Below are positions 1 to 13,685 of a stretch of 64,000 nucleotides of DNA, piece by piece. The notes under the pieces were generated by a model. It ran no database searches and was not told the origin of the DNA. It worked only from the letters and a program-made list of their open reading frames with translations. Made by a program: the position numbers and the translations under genes. This stretch comes from Octopus vulgaris (Eukaryota). Positions within the stretch are counted from its first letter, which is position 1. Every line of letters starts with the position of its first letter. Where the stretch lies: the NCBI GenBank assembly GCA_951406725.2, contig OX597824.1:73718001-73782000 (forward strand). The letters are read 5' to 3'.

Positions 1-1523
1 TTGAGCGTGGCTGTTGCCAGTTACTGCCTAACTAGCCCTCGTGCCGGTGGCATGTAAAAGCACCCACCAAACTCTTGGAGTGGTTGGTGTTAGGAAGGGC
101 ATCCAGCTGTAGAAACTCTGCCAGATCAGATTAGAGTCTGGTGCAGCCATCTGGTTCGCCAGACCTCAGTCAAATCGTCCAACCCATGCTAGCATGGAAA
201 GCAGACATTAAACTATGATGATGAACATTTAAACCAGCCATATCCAGCTAAAATATTTGACCTGTTTTATGTTCAAACTGGCTAGATCCGGGCTCTCACA
301 CCCACACTAAAGTGACATTCTAAAAATAAACAACCACATCCTCAACATCTCAAAGCTGCAAGACATTGATTGATTAAAGCAAAATATTGTGAATAAAAAA
401 ACACATTACATTTGACAGAATAATCTGAATGCTAAAGAGTTAAATAAATAAATAAATGCGACCTTTTAAAGCCTAGCCAGGCTCATGGGCCCGGTTTCCC
501 GGTTTCAATGGCGTATGTATTTCCCAGCTGGACGGGACGCCAGTCCATCGCAGCGTTACTCGTTTTTGCCAGCTGAGTAGACTTGAACAACATGAAATGA
601 AGTGCTTGGCTCAAGAACACAATGCATCACCATGTCCAGGAATCGAAACCACAATCTTACGATCATGATGCTGACACCCTAACCACTAGGCCACGCGCCA
701 CCACAAAGAGTTAAAACCTTCCATGAAAATATATTAATTTCTGTTCTAAACATCAGCTTAATAATGATGAAGTTATTCTTTGATATTTTCAAAATTAATT
801 AAAACAAAGGCAGAAAATAGCTACAAAAGAGTGAAGCTAGTAAGTCTCTATGTGGTGACTCAGCTTGCTAGAAATAGCAGTCAAATGCACTCGCATGCTA
901 ACTTCTCAAAATGAAAGGATATACAGAAAAAATGTAATGCCACAGGCACAATATCTAAAAGTTAGATGAGATGGTCATAACTGGAACATTTTTCATCACA
1001 GGTTTGCCTGATCAAAACTGATCTGGGACTAAATAATAATATTAGTCCTATCTACACTATGCTGAGGAAAAAATTTAGGATGGTCACATCTGGAATGCCT
1101 TTGATCATATGTTTGCTGGATCGGAACTAAACTAGGGTGAAACAACAAGCAACAGTGTTTTAAAAAATATAAAACACCTTTGTATTTTACTTTTCCTGTT
1201 TTTTTTGTGTTTTTTTTTTTATATAGCCTAGGTTCAATCTCCACAGGAGAATGTTTATGTATACTGTTTATATTAGTCAGACTGATGTCCTCCCCTTAAT
1301 TGTTGTTTTCTCTATGTTTCAGCCTTCTTTGGGTGTCTTGCTTTGAATTTGGTTGTATCAGAATTCCAAACCTCACTCTTTATCTCCTACAAAACCAGAC
1401 CGTTAATTCTGATTTGTATTGTCATCAGCTTGCTAATTTGAATCAAAAAATCAACAGGAGAGGAGTAGTGTTCCAACTAGGAAACTGAAAGAAGCCTGTT
1501 GTATATATGCATATATAGATCGT

Positions 1524-2240
1524 AAGTTAGTTAGTTAGTTAGTTAGTTAGTTAATTTGGCTCAAAAGCAAATAGCAAGGCCATGTAGGGGGACATGGAGT
1601 TAAGTACAGGGTGGTGTTCATGTAAAGAGTTCAGGCCACTTGAGGTCAAGGGAGGCTTTGAACAAAGCGGTCGTCGGCATCTTCACCATCTCGTCTGGCA
1701 GCTTGTTCCACGGATCCGCAACCCGGACGGAAAAAGCTCCTCTCCTTCGATTGAGATGAAATCGTCGCAGGTAGAGCTTTTCGGAATGACCCCGCAGCCG
1801 ACGCTCTGGAGCAGGAGTGAAGAACAGCTCTTTCGAGAGGTTACACTTTCTGCTTATGATGTTGTGGGCGAGAATGAGATCACCACGGTGGCAGCGTTTT
1901 TCAAGAGAATAAAGGTCGAGCGTCCTCAGCCTTTCTTCATAGGACAAATTTTTGAGACCATGAACCATGCGGGTAGCCAGCTTCTGGACTCTTTCGAGAT
2001 GCTGTATGTCTTTGAGGAGATAAGGAGAAGAGGCTTGAATCCCGTACTCCAATATGGGTCTCACCAGCGTGACATAGAGTGGTAGGAATATGGCTGCTGT
2101 GAGCATTCCGAATGACCGTCGAATCAAGAACAGAATTCCGTGTGCTTTGTTGGCAGCATGGACGCACTGGGCTGAAGGTGAAAAGGAGGAATCCACCAAG
2201 ATACCCAGGTCCTTTACCTGATTGGTCCTCTCCAGCTTGA
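1524..2240 (-). mobile_element. 5'-truncated CR1-group LINE (RT C-terminus, 3'UTR and (AACT)n tail)
   Basis: DLGILVDSSF...LYVTLVRPILEYG...LERVQKLATRMV..L..LSYEERLRTLDLYSLEKR..RGDLI...FSVRV..PWNKLP; tandem AACT tail at 1524-1553. Confidence 0.9.
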
Positions 2241-2274
2241 CACTCTAACCACTGAGCCATGTGCCTTTATATGT

Positions 2275-2415
2275 GATACACTGCCTGAATACCAATCTTG
2301 AGAAATTAGGCTTCTCAAAATCAGAAAGGAGAAAGCTGATGCGAAGACTACAGATTGAAGCAATCACTGGAACTGTTAAAATCTGTAAAACTTTCCAGAA
2401 GTTTAACATTTAAGT
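2275..2415 (+). mobile_element. Possible C-terminal relic of a restriction-like-endonuclease LINE (R4/NeSL type)
   Basis: LEKLGFSKSERRKLMRRLQIEAITGTVKICKTF resembles the terminal LQ..A..GT.KI motif of these elements. Confidence 0.4.
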
Positions 2416-3299
2416 ATATAGGAGCATGTCTAGACATGCAATTATATGCATGAGAATACTTAAAACAAAACATACATACATGTGTCTTTGGTTACCTGAA
2501 CAAAGTTACATGAACTTGGCTGGGATCTTTTACCCAATCCAACATATTCTCCTGATTTTGCACCATCCAACTACCACTTGTTTTTGTCTCTACAGAACTC
2601 ATTGCAAGGAATAACATTTAACAATTTAAATGGAGTCAAAATGCATCTAGATAACTTTTTTTCTTCAAAAGCAGTCAAAATTTATGCTGATAGAATATTT
2701 AAATTGCCTGATAGACGGGCAAAGATCATTAATAATAATGGAAATTATTTCAGTGAATAAAATTTATTGAAAGGGCAATTATTTATATCCCTTTTTGCAT
2801 ATTAAACAATGCTCAGAACTTTCCAGGCCACCTAATATAACTCTGGTCTGACCAAAGCCTTGTGAGTGGATTTGGTTGACTGAAACTAAAAGAAGCCTAT
2901 TATATACACACACATGTAGGAGTGGCTGTGTGGTAAGTAGCTTGCTTACCAACAACATGGTTCCGAGTTCAGTCCCACTGCGTGGCACTTTGGGCAAGTG
3001 TCTTCTATAATAGTCTCGGACTGACCAAAGCCTTGTGAGTGGATTTGGTAGACAGAAACTGAAAAAAAGCCCATCGTATATATGTATATATATGTGTGTA
3101 TATGTTTGTGTGTCTGTGTTTGTCCCCCCAACATCACTTGACAACCGATGCTGGTGTGTTTACGTCCCCATAACTTAGCGGTTCGGCAAAAAGAGACCGA
3201 TAGAATAAGTACTAGGCTTACAAAGAATAAGTCCTGGAGGCGATTTGGTCGACTAAAGGCAGTGCTCCAGCATGGCCACAGTCAAATGACTGAGGCAGT

Positions 3300-4085
3300 G
3301 GGCTGAGTGACACTGTTGTGTTTACTTTACAGGTTATGAAATTTGTGTTTTTGCAATCGTGTGTAGGCTGTGGTCTGTGATTTTTGTCATAGACAGGAAC
3401 AAAGAGCCAACAGGAAATTTTGTGTTAAGCTTGGGAAGTCTGCTACAGAGACATTGAGCTTCCTTCGATAAGCTTATGGCGATGAGGCAATGGGTCGTAC
3501 GCAATGTTTTCAAGTGGCATGGGAACTTCAAAAGCAGAAAGAACATCCCTGGAAGATGATAAGCAATCTGAAAGACTTGCCATAAGCGTTACCCCCACTC
3601 CCAAAAAATGTGGTATTGTGCATCAAGAATCCATCCCCCAGGGCCTGACCATCGATCAAGAGTTCTACTGTAACGATTTAAAGGGTTTGAAGGAGGACAT
3701 TCAGTGAAAGCAACTGGATCTGTGGAGCACAAAGAATTGGATTCTTCACGATGACAATGCACGCTCACTGAACTCTCTTCACTTGTGAGTTTCTTGCCAA
3801 AAACAACATGGTATCACTTCTGCACCCAGCCTAGTCACCAGATTTAGCACCTGTGGATTTCTGTCTTTTCATCCAACATGAAAATGCAGCTCAAAGGTCA
3901 CTGTTTTAACACTGTTGTTGAGACCCAGAGAGAATCACAGAAACTCCTCAACTTCTTTACGGAAAACGACTTCCAGGCTAGATTCCAAAAGGGGCAGCAA
4001 TGCTGGGACCAGTGTATTGCTGTGCAAGATGAATATTTCAAAGAAGAGGTTGTTAAAACTTAGGGAAATAAGTTATTTTTGATTA
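3300..4085 (+). mobile_element. Mariner transposase relic
   Basis: GIVHQE.IPQG.TIDQEFYC, WILHDDNA, SPDLAPVDF, MKMQLKG.CF, with frameshifts. An opposite-strand relative lies at 42250-42960. Confidence 0.85.
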
Positions 4086-4209
4086 AACACGAGAGAAATG
4101 GTAAGAGGAAACGAGATAGTGATTATGAATTGCATTCCGTATGTTATTTGGTTGGAAATGAATTCTGTCGGATTTATAAGAAAGCAGACAGCTAGAAGGA
4201 TGAAGGTAT

Positions 4210-4648
4210 CAGTGGTGCTATAGTCGTGTGGGGTCGTTTGAATTCTCCGTATGCTAGGAAGGTTAGAGGTGAAGTAGATGAAAATATACTTCACTAGACA
4301 AGGTAGCATGTGGTTAATATCTGTTACCATCTTCCATTGTCCCATAGTGAGAAGTAAGTTTTATTTCCGTGGTGGGAATGAAATGAGAACGAGATGGATG
4401 TAAGGGGACAATGTTTTTGAGATTGCGGTTCAGTGGTGCTATAGTTGTGTGGGGTTATTTGAACCCTTGGTATGGTAGGAAGTTTAGAGGTGAAGTGGAT
4501 GACAATATATTTCACTTGAAAAGGTAGCATTTGGTTAATGTCTGTTACCATCTTGCATTGTCTCGTCGTGAGAAGTAAGTTTTATTTGCCTGTCGTGGTA
4601 ATGAAATGAGAATGAGATGTAAGGGGACAATGTTTTTGAGATTCCAGT
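4210..4648. repeat. Diverged tandem duplication, unit about 220 bp
   Basis: Unit cagtggtgctatagt...gggacaatgtttttgagatt occurs at 4210-4430 and 4431-4648. Confidence 0.8.
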
Positions 4649-4779
4649 TCAAATGTAAGGCAGGTCTGAAAGAGTTTCCAACAGTTATTAGTAGTAGTGG
4701 TAGAGTGTTTATGCTGAATATGTATGTATGCATGTATATATATGAGGTAATAGTTTCACTATTATAGTGACAGTATTAA

Positions 4780-5020
4780 ACTGAAAGTATCTCACATTGC
4801 AATAGAGAGATATTATTGTTTCACATTTGACACATAATACTGAAATCGTGTAAGAGATGAGAGATAACTGTGGGCTCGCATTAGGCAAGAAGTTGAAAAT
4901 ATTTTTGGCCCATGACGTTGCACATATAAGGCATGTGTAAAATGTTAATGAAATCAGTTGAGTAGTTCTCGAGTTTTAGGGATTCGCATAGACACACAAC
5001 AGACAGACACACATTCTCAT

Positions 5021-5055
<35 letters not shown>

Positions 5056-5058
5056 TAA
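4780..5058 (-). mobile_element. Helitron-type 5' fragment
   Basis: Minus strand starts tctatata(ta)n aagatgagaatgtgtgtctgtctg, like the 5' end of 22298. Confidence 0.5.
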
Positions 5059-5328
5059 CTAGTCCGGGAATGTCAACGCTCTAAACCACTGAGCCATGTG
5101 CCTTCACACACACACACATACATACATACACACACACACACATATATATGCCAGATAAGACTGGAGCCTGGTGCAGCCTTCTGGCTTCCCAGATCCCCGG
5201 TCGAACCATCCAACCCATGCTAGCATGGAGAACGGACGTTAAACGATGATGATGATGATGATATATATATGTGAAGGTGCATGGCTCATTGGTTAGAGTG
5301 CCAAGCTTATGATCATGAGGTTGTGAGT

Positions 5329-5376
<48 letters not shown>

Positions 5377-6100
5377 ACATAGATGTGCATATATATATGT
5401 ATGTGTGTGCATGTGTATATATTTATATGTATGTATGTATGTATAAAACAATCAAAAACTGTGCTACAACTGTTATCTGAAAATATGGGAATTCTTTTGA
5501 GCCTGGTCACATACTCATAGAACTTCTTCTATATCATATTTACTAAATGGTGCTCTTAAAATTGCACAATAAACAGCTAGGAAGACAATATATGAGAAAT
5601 GACATGTTTTGCTTTAATATCTGTCAGTTATTTTGAAATTATGTCAAAATCTTGACATTTTCACATTTCAGGCAAATATTTTGTTGTGATTCTACATTTC
5701 AGTAAAAAATATCTTTCCTGAAGTGGTTGGTGCCTATTGTCTAATTTGAGATGTCTTTTGAATTTGATGAGATGATTAAATCACTTTTCTAACATTCATA
5801 GTGTTATACTTATAATAGTCATATTGTGGTCGTCATATGACACTGGACAAATTTATTAGATGGATTCTATTTACATGTTTATAGAGAGTGCTTAAAGAAA
5901 TATTCACCTAGATGTTTTTAATCCCTATTTTCCATTATGTGTGTGTGAGTATGTATAGATATATATATATATATGTTTCATTATAGATATAGGGTAAAAA
6001 AATTATTAATTTAATAATAAATTTCACCAAGTAGTTTCGGTATGGAAAATAACCATATTCGGTAAAAACTTATACAAGAAGTTTTTTATATATAATTATA

Positions 6101-6504
6101 GGCGCAGGAGTGGCTGTGTGGTAAGTAGCTTGCTTACAAACTACATGGTTCTGGGTTCAGTCCCACTGCGTGGCATCTTGGGCAAGTGTCTTCGGCTATA
6201 GCCCCGGGCCGACCAATGCCTTGTGAGTGGATTTGGTAGACGGAAACTGAAAGAAGCCTGTCGTATATATGTATATATATATATGTGTGTGTGTGTTTGT
6301 GTGTCTGTGTTTGTCCCCCTAGCATTGCCTGACAACCGATGCTGGTGTGTTTACGTCCCCGTCACTTAGCGGTTCGGCAAAAGAGACCGTAGAATAAGTA
6401 CTGGGCTTACAAAGAATAAGTCCCGGGGTCGATTTGCTCGACTAAAGGCGGTGCTCCAGCATGGCCGCAGTCAAATGACTGAAACAAGTAAAAGAGTAAA
6501 AGAG
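6101..6504 (+). mobile_element. Full-length tRNA-derived SINE, family A (internal TA/TG repeat, GTAAAAGA tail)
   Basis: A-box tggctgtgtgg and B-box ggttcagtccc. Other copies at about 2915-3295, 9423-9801, 9840-10110(-), 17560-17710, 29270-29660(-), 33455-33858(-), 37311-37678, 39835-39990, 45510-45970, 51420-51801(-), 55499-55900 and 60798-60930. Confidence 0.92.
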
Positions 6505-6959
6505 TTATAACAATAATTAAGGGTTTAGCAACAAGTTGCTTCACCACATACCAAAAATTTAGAAATAGCAGCCAAAAGACTGTTATTTCTTTTCACTACA
6601 AAAATCTGTGGAGTCATATTTTGTAGTGAAAAGAAATAACAGCCTTTTGGCTGCTATGTATAAATTATCGGTATGTGGTGAAGCAATTATTTATCAAATA
6701 TGTCTCTATCTAAATGTAAGAGTGCTATTTTCATTTCTTTGTTCATTTACTCTTGCACGCATGCATGCACACACTTGTTGCTCTCTAGAATGACGAGTCA
6801 TTCTTAATATGCTGTGCCTATTTACACCTAGGCAGAACGTGGGCTGTTTGAGAATTATGAAGCAATGTAGTATTGGGGATGAAATAGGAAAAGCCAATCA
6901 CATAGCTGGTATCTCATTAACTGTTGTTGATCCTCACCATTTATGTGTGTGTGTGTGCA

Positions 6960-7029
<70 letters not shown>

Positions 7030-7053
7030 TGTGTATGTGTGAGTTTGTGTATT

Positions 7054-7107
<54 letters not shown>

Positions 7108-7115
7108 TATATATG

Positions 7116-7152
<37 letters not shown>

Positions 7153-7249
7153 ATATATATATGTGTATATATATGCATGCATATGTGTGTGTGTGTGTGT
7201 ATATATATATTGTTGTTGTTGTTGGTCTCCTTGCTATACCTGTGGAAAG

Positions 7250-7635
7250 GGTCAGAAGTGGTTCTTGGAGAATTACAACTTCACCATCACCAATCTTTGG
7301 CATCCTAAGTTGCCCAATCATAATCCCATGGTTTACTTTGTGTGGCCTGCAGTTGCGAAAGACACCAACTGCTCTGCCTGCAATACCAAGGCTAAGCTGA
7401 TGGCCAAGATGAAGAAGATGTTTGAAGATCTTTCCAGAGACACAGTGAGGAACATATGCACCAAGTTCTGGAGCCATGATGGAAGCTGAGGGCAGCTACT
7501 TCAAGTAAACTGCTATCTCCCAGCTATAATCTAGTTGATATTTTTTGATTTAAAAAAAAATACATACATTTTTGGATGAAATATTGTGTTTCCTTTTCCT
7601 TTTATACAAATAGTCAAATTTAGCTTGAACACTCT
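7250..7635 (+). mobile_element. Tc1-like transposase 3' relic
   Basis: [17 protein letters not shown], resembling WPPNSPDLNPMDY.VW. Confidence 0.6.
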
Positions 7636-7670
7636 GAATATACATATTCATATATTTATATATATATATA

Positions 7671-8170
7671 TCACCTTGATCGACCAGTCCGTCAGGTGTC
7701 CATTTGACACCGCTGGTCACAACACGCTGTCCACTCCTCTCTGGATCGCGCCTTTCTCATCCATGTGATCCCAATCGTCCTCCTGAAATCGTAACTCCAC
7801 CGTCGTGGAGGCCTTCCGGGTGGTCGTTTCCACTTGCGCGGGTACCACTCAACAACTGCGTGGGTCCACCGATTATCGGTGAGCTGGGCAACGTGTCCAG
7901 CCCATCTAAACTTGCTGCGTGTATACTCTGCGATGACATCCCTCATGCTGGACTTCTTTCTGATGATCTCGCTACTGATGTGCTCTCACGGCGAGATACC
8001 AAGCATTGACCTTTCCATGGCTCTTTGAGCCATTACCAGTCTCTGCTCTTCTCTCTTTGTGGTAGCCCATGTTTCACTACCATATAACATTGCAGGTAGA
8101 ACTGTACTGTTGATGAGGTTGGCGCGGGTGGTCCTGTCCAACCTTCCCTTGAGCACATCCCTTATGCCAT
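7671..8170 (-). mobile_element. RTE-clade LINE 3' fragment
   Basis: STVLPAMLYGSETWAT...AQRAMERSMLGIS...KFRWAGHVAQLTDNRWT..VVEWYP...RPPGRPPRRW; ends in a TA tract. Confidence 0.9.
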
Positions 8171-8595
8171 TAAACAGGAAGTTGTTCCTGAAAACTGGAG
8201 ATATCAAATATAGCCCAATAACCCTGCACAAATTTATCCATCTATGTATCATATATAATGTATGTACTGTTGTTAGGCCTGTTACTGAAGTGGTCATCTT
8301 GAGATAACATCTCTTATGAATGTGCTATGTTAACAACACAATAAACATTCAAAGGAGATGAAGAATTGCCACAACAGTAACCAGCAAGACCACCAGATGT
8401 GTTTTGGCCTTTTGGGCCTTTACAATATGTACTTATAGCCAGCCATATTCATTGACATTATAAATAGCCACTTGGCAGGAAAAGTCTGGGATATATGTGT
8501 GTGTGTGTGAGTGTATGTATATGTATATATATATGTGTGTGTGTGTGTATGTGTGTGTGTATATATATACATATATATACACATATGTGTGTGTA

Positions 8596-8635
<40 letters not shown>

Positions 8636-9339
8636 GGTCCCGGGTTGAGTCGGGGTTAACCACAGTGAATAAGGTACTCAATACATAGCAGAGTATGAAG
8701 ATTTCATCGGAATGAAACAGTTCTAGTCCTGTAGAAGCTCCTTCTATAAAATAAAAAATATATATATATATATATATATATCAGCATCATCATCATTTAA
8801 AGCCATCTTCTATTAATCCATGGGCAGGATAGTTGACAGGTGCTAGCCAGGTAGGAAATCTACCCAAGGCTACTGAGTCTGTCTTGGCTGGATACCCTTC
8901 CTAACACCAATCACTCTGCAGAGTGGACACAGTGGTTTTTACATGGAACTGGCACAGGTGAAGTTAGTTTTGGCAAGATTTTTACAGCTGGATGCCCTTC
9001 CAGACGCCAACCACGTTACAGTGTGGGCTGGATGCTTTTAATGTAGCACGTAGCTTACTGGTTTGGGTGTTGCACTCATGATCACTAGATAATGAGTTCA
9101 ATTCCTCATTGTGTTCTTAAGCAAAACACTTCATTTTATGCCACTCTGTGATCATCTTGACACCTGAAGTGTGGCACAATTTGATGGATGGAGTGAGCTG
9201 ATGAATGGCACATACATTTGATCACTGTAAATAAATCATTTGTGCAGATCATTCAGTAAAAGCTGAATACTCATACATCATATTCGATGGGAGAGTCTAT
9301 CATACATACAGATATATATCTTACCATCATGGAACAGTG

Positions 9340-9407
<68 letters not shown>

Positions 9408-9802
9408 CATATATATATATATAGGAATAGGAGTGGCTTTGTGGTAAGTAGCTTGCTTTCCAACTGCATGGTTCTGGGTTCAGTCCCACTGCATGGCACC
9501 TTGGGCAAGTGTCTTCTATTATAGCCTTGGGCCGACCAAAGTCTTGTGAGTGGATTTGGTAGACACAAACTGAAAGAAGCTCGTTGTATATATGTATATG
9601 TATGTGTGTCTGTTTGTCCCACCCAAAATCACTTGACAACCAATGCTGGTGTGCTTATGTCCCCTATCTTAGTGGTTCAGCAAAAGAGACCGATAGAATA
9701 AGTACTAGGCTTACAAAGTATAAGTCCTGGGGTCGATTTGCTTGACTAAATCCAGTGCTCCAGCATGGCCAGTCGAGTAACTGAAACAAGTAAAAGAGTA
9801 AA

Positions 9803-9842
<40 letters not shown>

Positions 9843-11122
9843 CTTTATTTGTTTCAGTGAATTCACTGCATCCATACTGGAGCACCGCCTTTAGTTGAAC
9901 AAATCGACCCCAGGACTTATTCTTTGTAAGCCTAGTACTTATTCTATCAGCTTCTTTTGTTGAACCGCTAAGTTACGGGATGCAAACACACCGACATCAG
10001 TTGTCAAGCAATGGAGGGGGGACAAACATAGACACACAAACATACATACATATATGTGACAGGCTTCTTTCAGTTTCCGTTTACCAAATCCACTCACAAG
10101 GCTTTGGTCGGAACGTTACTTTGTTGCTAGTTCAAGTTTCTAATTTGAATACCCGTAGAGAAGCAGAAAAATTTAGAAGTAACAACAGAGACTATCATCA
10201 ACTTTGATGAATAAATGACATCTATTATATATATTAAGTACTTTTCCTGCGATTTATGAGTAAAAAGTTGAATATGTATCTATGTATGTGCATGTGTATT
10301 AGTGTGTGTGTGTGTGTGTGCACGCTTGAGTGCGTCTAAACTCGAATTTCTCATTACTTTTATTTAAAAGTACTCTAAATAAAAATTATTTAAATTCTTT
10401 TATTCCTTTTTTGCTTTCAATCTAAAAAAAAATATGTTAAAATAATTTTATTCATTTATTTTTTAGAAATGTATTTGCTTTTAATTTTCTTAGAAATAAG
10501 AATCTTCAATTGACTGCCAGAGATGTTTGAATAATCTATTCTTCTGAAGATTTGAATAAGCAGAACATTTTCTTTTAGATAGGAAAAGAAACTAACATAT
10601 GATAATTAAAATATAGGTAATTCATTATATCTTGTCTGGATTAGCAAAAAAAAAAAGAAAAGAAAAAAGAAAAAAATCTAGAAAAAAAAAGGAGTTATTA
10701 GCAATGAACTGGATTTAAATTTTGTTTCTTTTATCTGTATGTGAATTAGTTTAGATTATATCCCTTGTCTCATTTAGCCAAAGTTACTTGATGCCAAAAT
10801 ATATATAAAAAAAAGAAAAAAAAAAAACCTTCTTAATACTTAGTCTCTATGATAGCAAGATAGAAATCATGTTAAATTTACTAGTCAGCGAATCTAACTT
10901 CTCCTTGCACTCAACTAGAGGTTAGCAAATATAACATAACTTATCTAATAATTTAACAAAACTTCTTAATTATTCTATATTTTTTCTATCAGAAAGAAAT
11001 TTACATACATGCATATACTCTCACACACACATATATATTTAAATTATATATTGTTTAATATATACATATCAGTTATATGACTTATACATGCTAAATATAT
11101 ATTTATATACATAATATATAAA

Positions 11123-11166
<44 letters not shown>

Positions 11167-11289
11167 CATACATAATATATAAATTTTATATATATAAATA
11201 TATAATATACATAATATATATATTAAATATATATGTAATGTATACATACATGAGATGTATATTAAATATATATTACACACACACACAAA

Positions 11290-11350
11290 CAGAGGGTGTC
11301 CCAAAATTAACTATGAATTAATTATAGATAGTTAATTCTGGGACACCCTG
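11290..11350. mobile_element. Miniature Tc1-type inverted-repeat element
   Basis: agggtgtcccaaaattaactat ... atagttaattctgggacaccctg followed by TA; consists almost entirely of TIRs. Confidence 0.6.
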
Positions 11351-13617
11351 TATATATATATATATATAACTTGTAAAATTTTATCTCGCAGACATAATCC
11401 AATTGTCGCCTTCCACAAGAATCGGAAATAGAAATCAAGTGCTGTTGAGAAGATGCTTCGAATGTAATCTACACGTCTAATGACACTAATTTAAAAGATT
11501 AGCTAAATAAAAATTGCAACTTTGAGGAAAAAATTTTGATCACATTAATCGGTAATATTTGTTTAATATTATTATTTCAAATAGAGATTAATCACTTAGA
11601 ACATTAATCAATAATTGAAAGTTCGTTCGAACTGTTTGAATCAGTCACGGAAGAGGCAATACGGAGTTGCCTCCCTTTAAACAGGACACCATTTTTACTT
11701 CCAAGTGATGGATGCAAAATAAATTATCCATACAAATACAAACTGACTGACCAACTTCAATAACTAAATTAACCTTCCCTGTTATTTTCCTTTTTTTTCT
11801 TTTTCTATAAAACTTTATTTCTCCAGAGAAGATGAATTCTTCTGAAATGTAATACAATATCTTGCATATCCTCAAAATATTTTATCTTTTTCTATATTCT
11901 AATATGGTCTTTGAGCTGCAAGCAACAACCAATATGGCTTCTAAGACATTACTACATCTCCTTTCTTCTCTCTTTTCATTCCCTTCTCCTATTTAATCTA
12001 TAGGCAACTGATCTAAAACTACCAAGCAATACTTGTAACATACCCCAAGAACTAAATATCCTGAAACATTATGTAGAGACATGAGAATAAATAAAGAGGA
12101 AATTTTTGTGTGTGACTTCTATGTTATAACAGTTTCATGAGGTGAAATTTTTAGACCTCTGTCATTTCATCTTTTCAAGGAAAATAATCGAGGTTTTAAT
12201 ATCTAAATTTAATAAATATTGCCAATTCTCTAAATATCTTCAGGGAAACATTAATAGTCCTTAAGTATTTACATCAATTAAAATTAGTGTAATGGTATTG
12301 TGTTTTTTCTTAAAAGATAAATTTCTTTTTTCCAGGGGAAAATAATAAAGTTGAAGCATAATAAAGAATTCATCTTGATTTTCAAGCTGATAGGTCTTTA
12401 AGATATATATAATGAAGCAACTGCAGAAATAGGCTTTTACAAAATAATAGAATTGAGAATCTTTAAATGGCTAATTTACTGAATGGATTTAATATGCTTT
12501 ACAGTTATGGAACAGTTATACAATTTTGACAAAATTATAAACTATGAACTAGAAGAACTATTTTTTTAAGACAGTGCTAAAGCAGATTCACAAAAGATTA
12601 ACATAAAAAATACATACAAAAGAATAGCAAACCCTTTATATAAAATATATTACAGCATAAAATAACAATTTGGAAAGGTAAAAAATAAAATTCTGAAAAT
12701 GGACAATTTTTGTAAATTTGCATATATATTTTTAGACAATAATTTTATGTATACACAGTTAAGCAACATTTTTCAACAAAACTGTCAGAAAACTATTTTT
12801 TATTATCATTTTTAATGTTCAACATCCAAACATTTCTTCATATCAAATAAAGACAAACAAATTAGCTTTGAACTTCCTCAAGTCTTGTCATGGATTTAAA
12901 ATAACTATCAATTTTTTTTCTCTGTTTTTGGTTTTTTTTAAAATATCATCAGAAGAAAATATCTGCAAGCTTGTTTGAATTTTCTTTTTCTTTCCTTTTT
13001 TTTTCTAATAAATGATTCAATTCACATCCATCACATATCAAACTTCCAAAGCAACAATTAACTTTGAACTGGTATCACCCAAAAAGCAGATTATTATTAT
13101 TGTTGTTGTTGTTGTAATATATTTTAAAATACAGTTATATAAAAATTAATTTTAGAGACTTCTGTAAGTATTTTGTAATCAAATTTATGCAGTATTAAAT
13201 ATTTGAATAAAATAGGCATTTGTTTGCAAAACATTGAAATTGGAGAAAGAAATTGTTGCTACAAAACCTTCAAAATAACTGATTCTAACAAGACTTGAAA
13301 AACCAAATAGAGATAAAGTTTCTTGATATTTTAATCTAACAAACTAGGTTGTTAGTTTTAATTATGAAAGATATGAAGAAAAAATGGGGGGTGGGGATCC
13401 AGTAACAGATTCTTGGGATTTATTTTGATTTAATATATATAATATATATGACTGATTCTATTGTTTGTACATTCCACAACATAAGTTTATGATTCTGTCA
13501 TAAAACAGACATAAAATTTCCACCAACTTATAAGTGAAAATATTTATTCATATCAATATTCTCCTTTGCAAATAATGGTAAGAAACAGAATTTTTAAAAG
13601 TCTTTCTTTGGTACTAG

Positions 13618-13673
<56 letters not shown>

Positions 13674-13685
13674 TCATATTCATGT

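Larger units (their letters stand above)
1345..2835 (+). mobile_element. Mariner transposase relic split by SINE/LINE insertions (pieces about 1345-1480 and 2480-2835)
   Basis: QTVNSDLYCHQLANLNQKI..RRGVVFQ, then LHHP...FLSLQNSLQG..F...LDNFFSSK...IFKLPDR..KIINNNGNYF, and a TIR-like end near 2835. Confidence 0.65.

Noticed and set aside
1594-2085. 163-aa plus-strand ORF
   Set aside because: It is the antisense shadow of the CR1 RT fragment.
2779-3144. Recurrent short ORFs such as LPNPLTRLWSARGYSRRHLPKVPRSGTEP
   Set aside because: They are antisense readings of SINE family A; the recurrence reflects copy number.
4210-4648. Repeat units as a possible CRISPR-like or coding array
   Set aside because: It is a plain two-unit tandem duplication with no repeat-spacer structure, in eukaryotic DNA.
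6101-6175. tRNA-like A/B boxes
   Set aside because: These are SINE heads without a complete cloverleaf; no genuine tRNA gene was called.
6809-7489. Many ORFs rich in YI/CV/HT repeats (also near 15.4, 17.1, 18.1, 21.1, 28.1, 46.4 and 58.6 kb)
   Set aside because: They are translations of (TA)n, (CA)n, (CATA)n and (TCTA)n microsatellites, not proteins.
8688-8735. atgaaga...gaaac hammerhead-like string
   Set aside because: The core lacks C3 and the stem I and III pairings are unconvincing.
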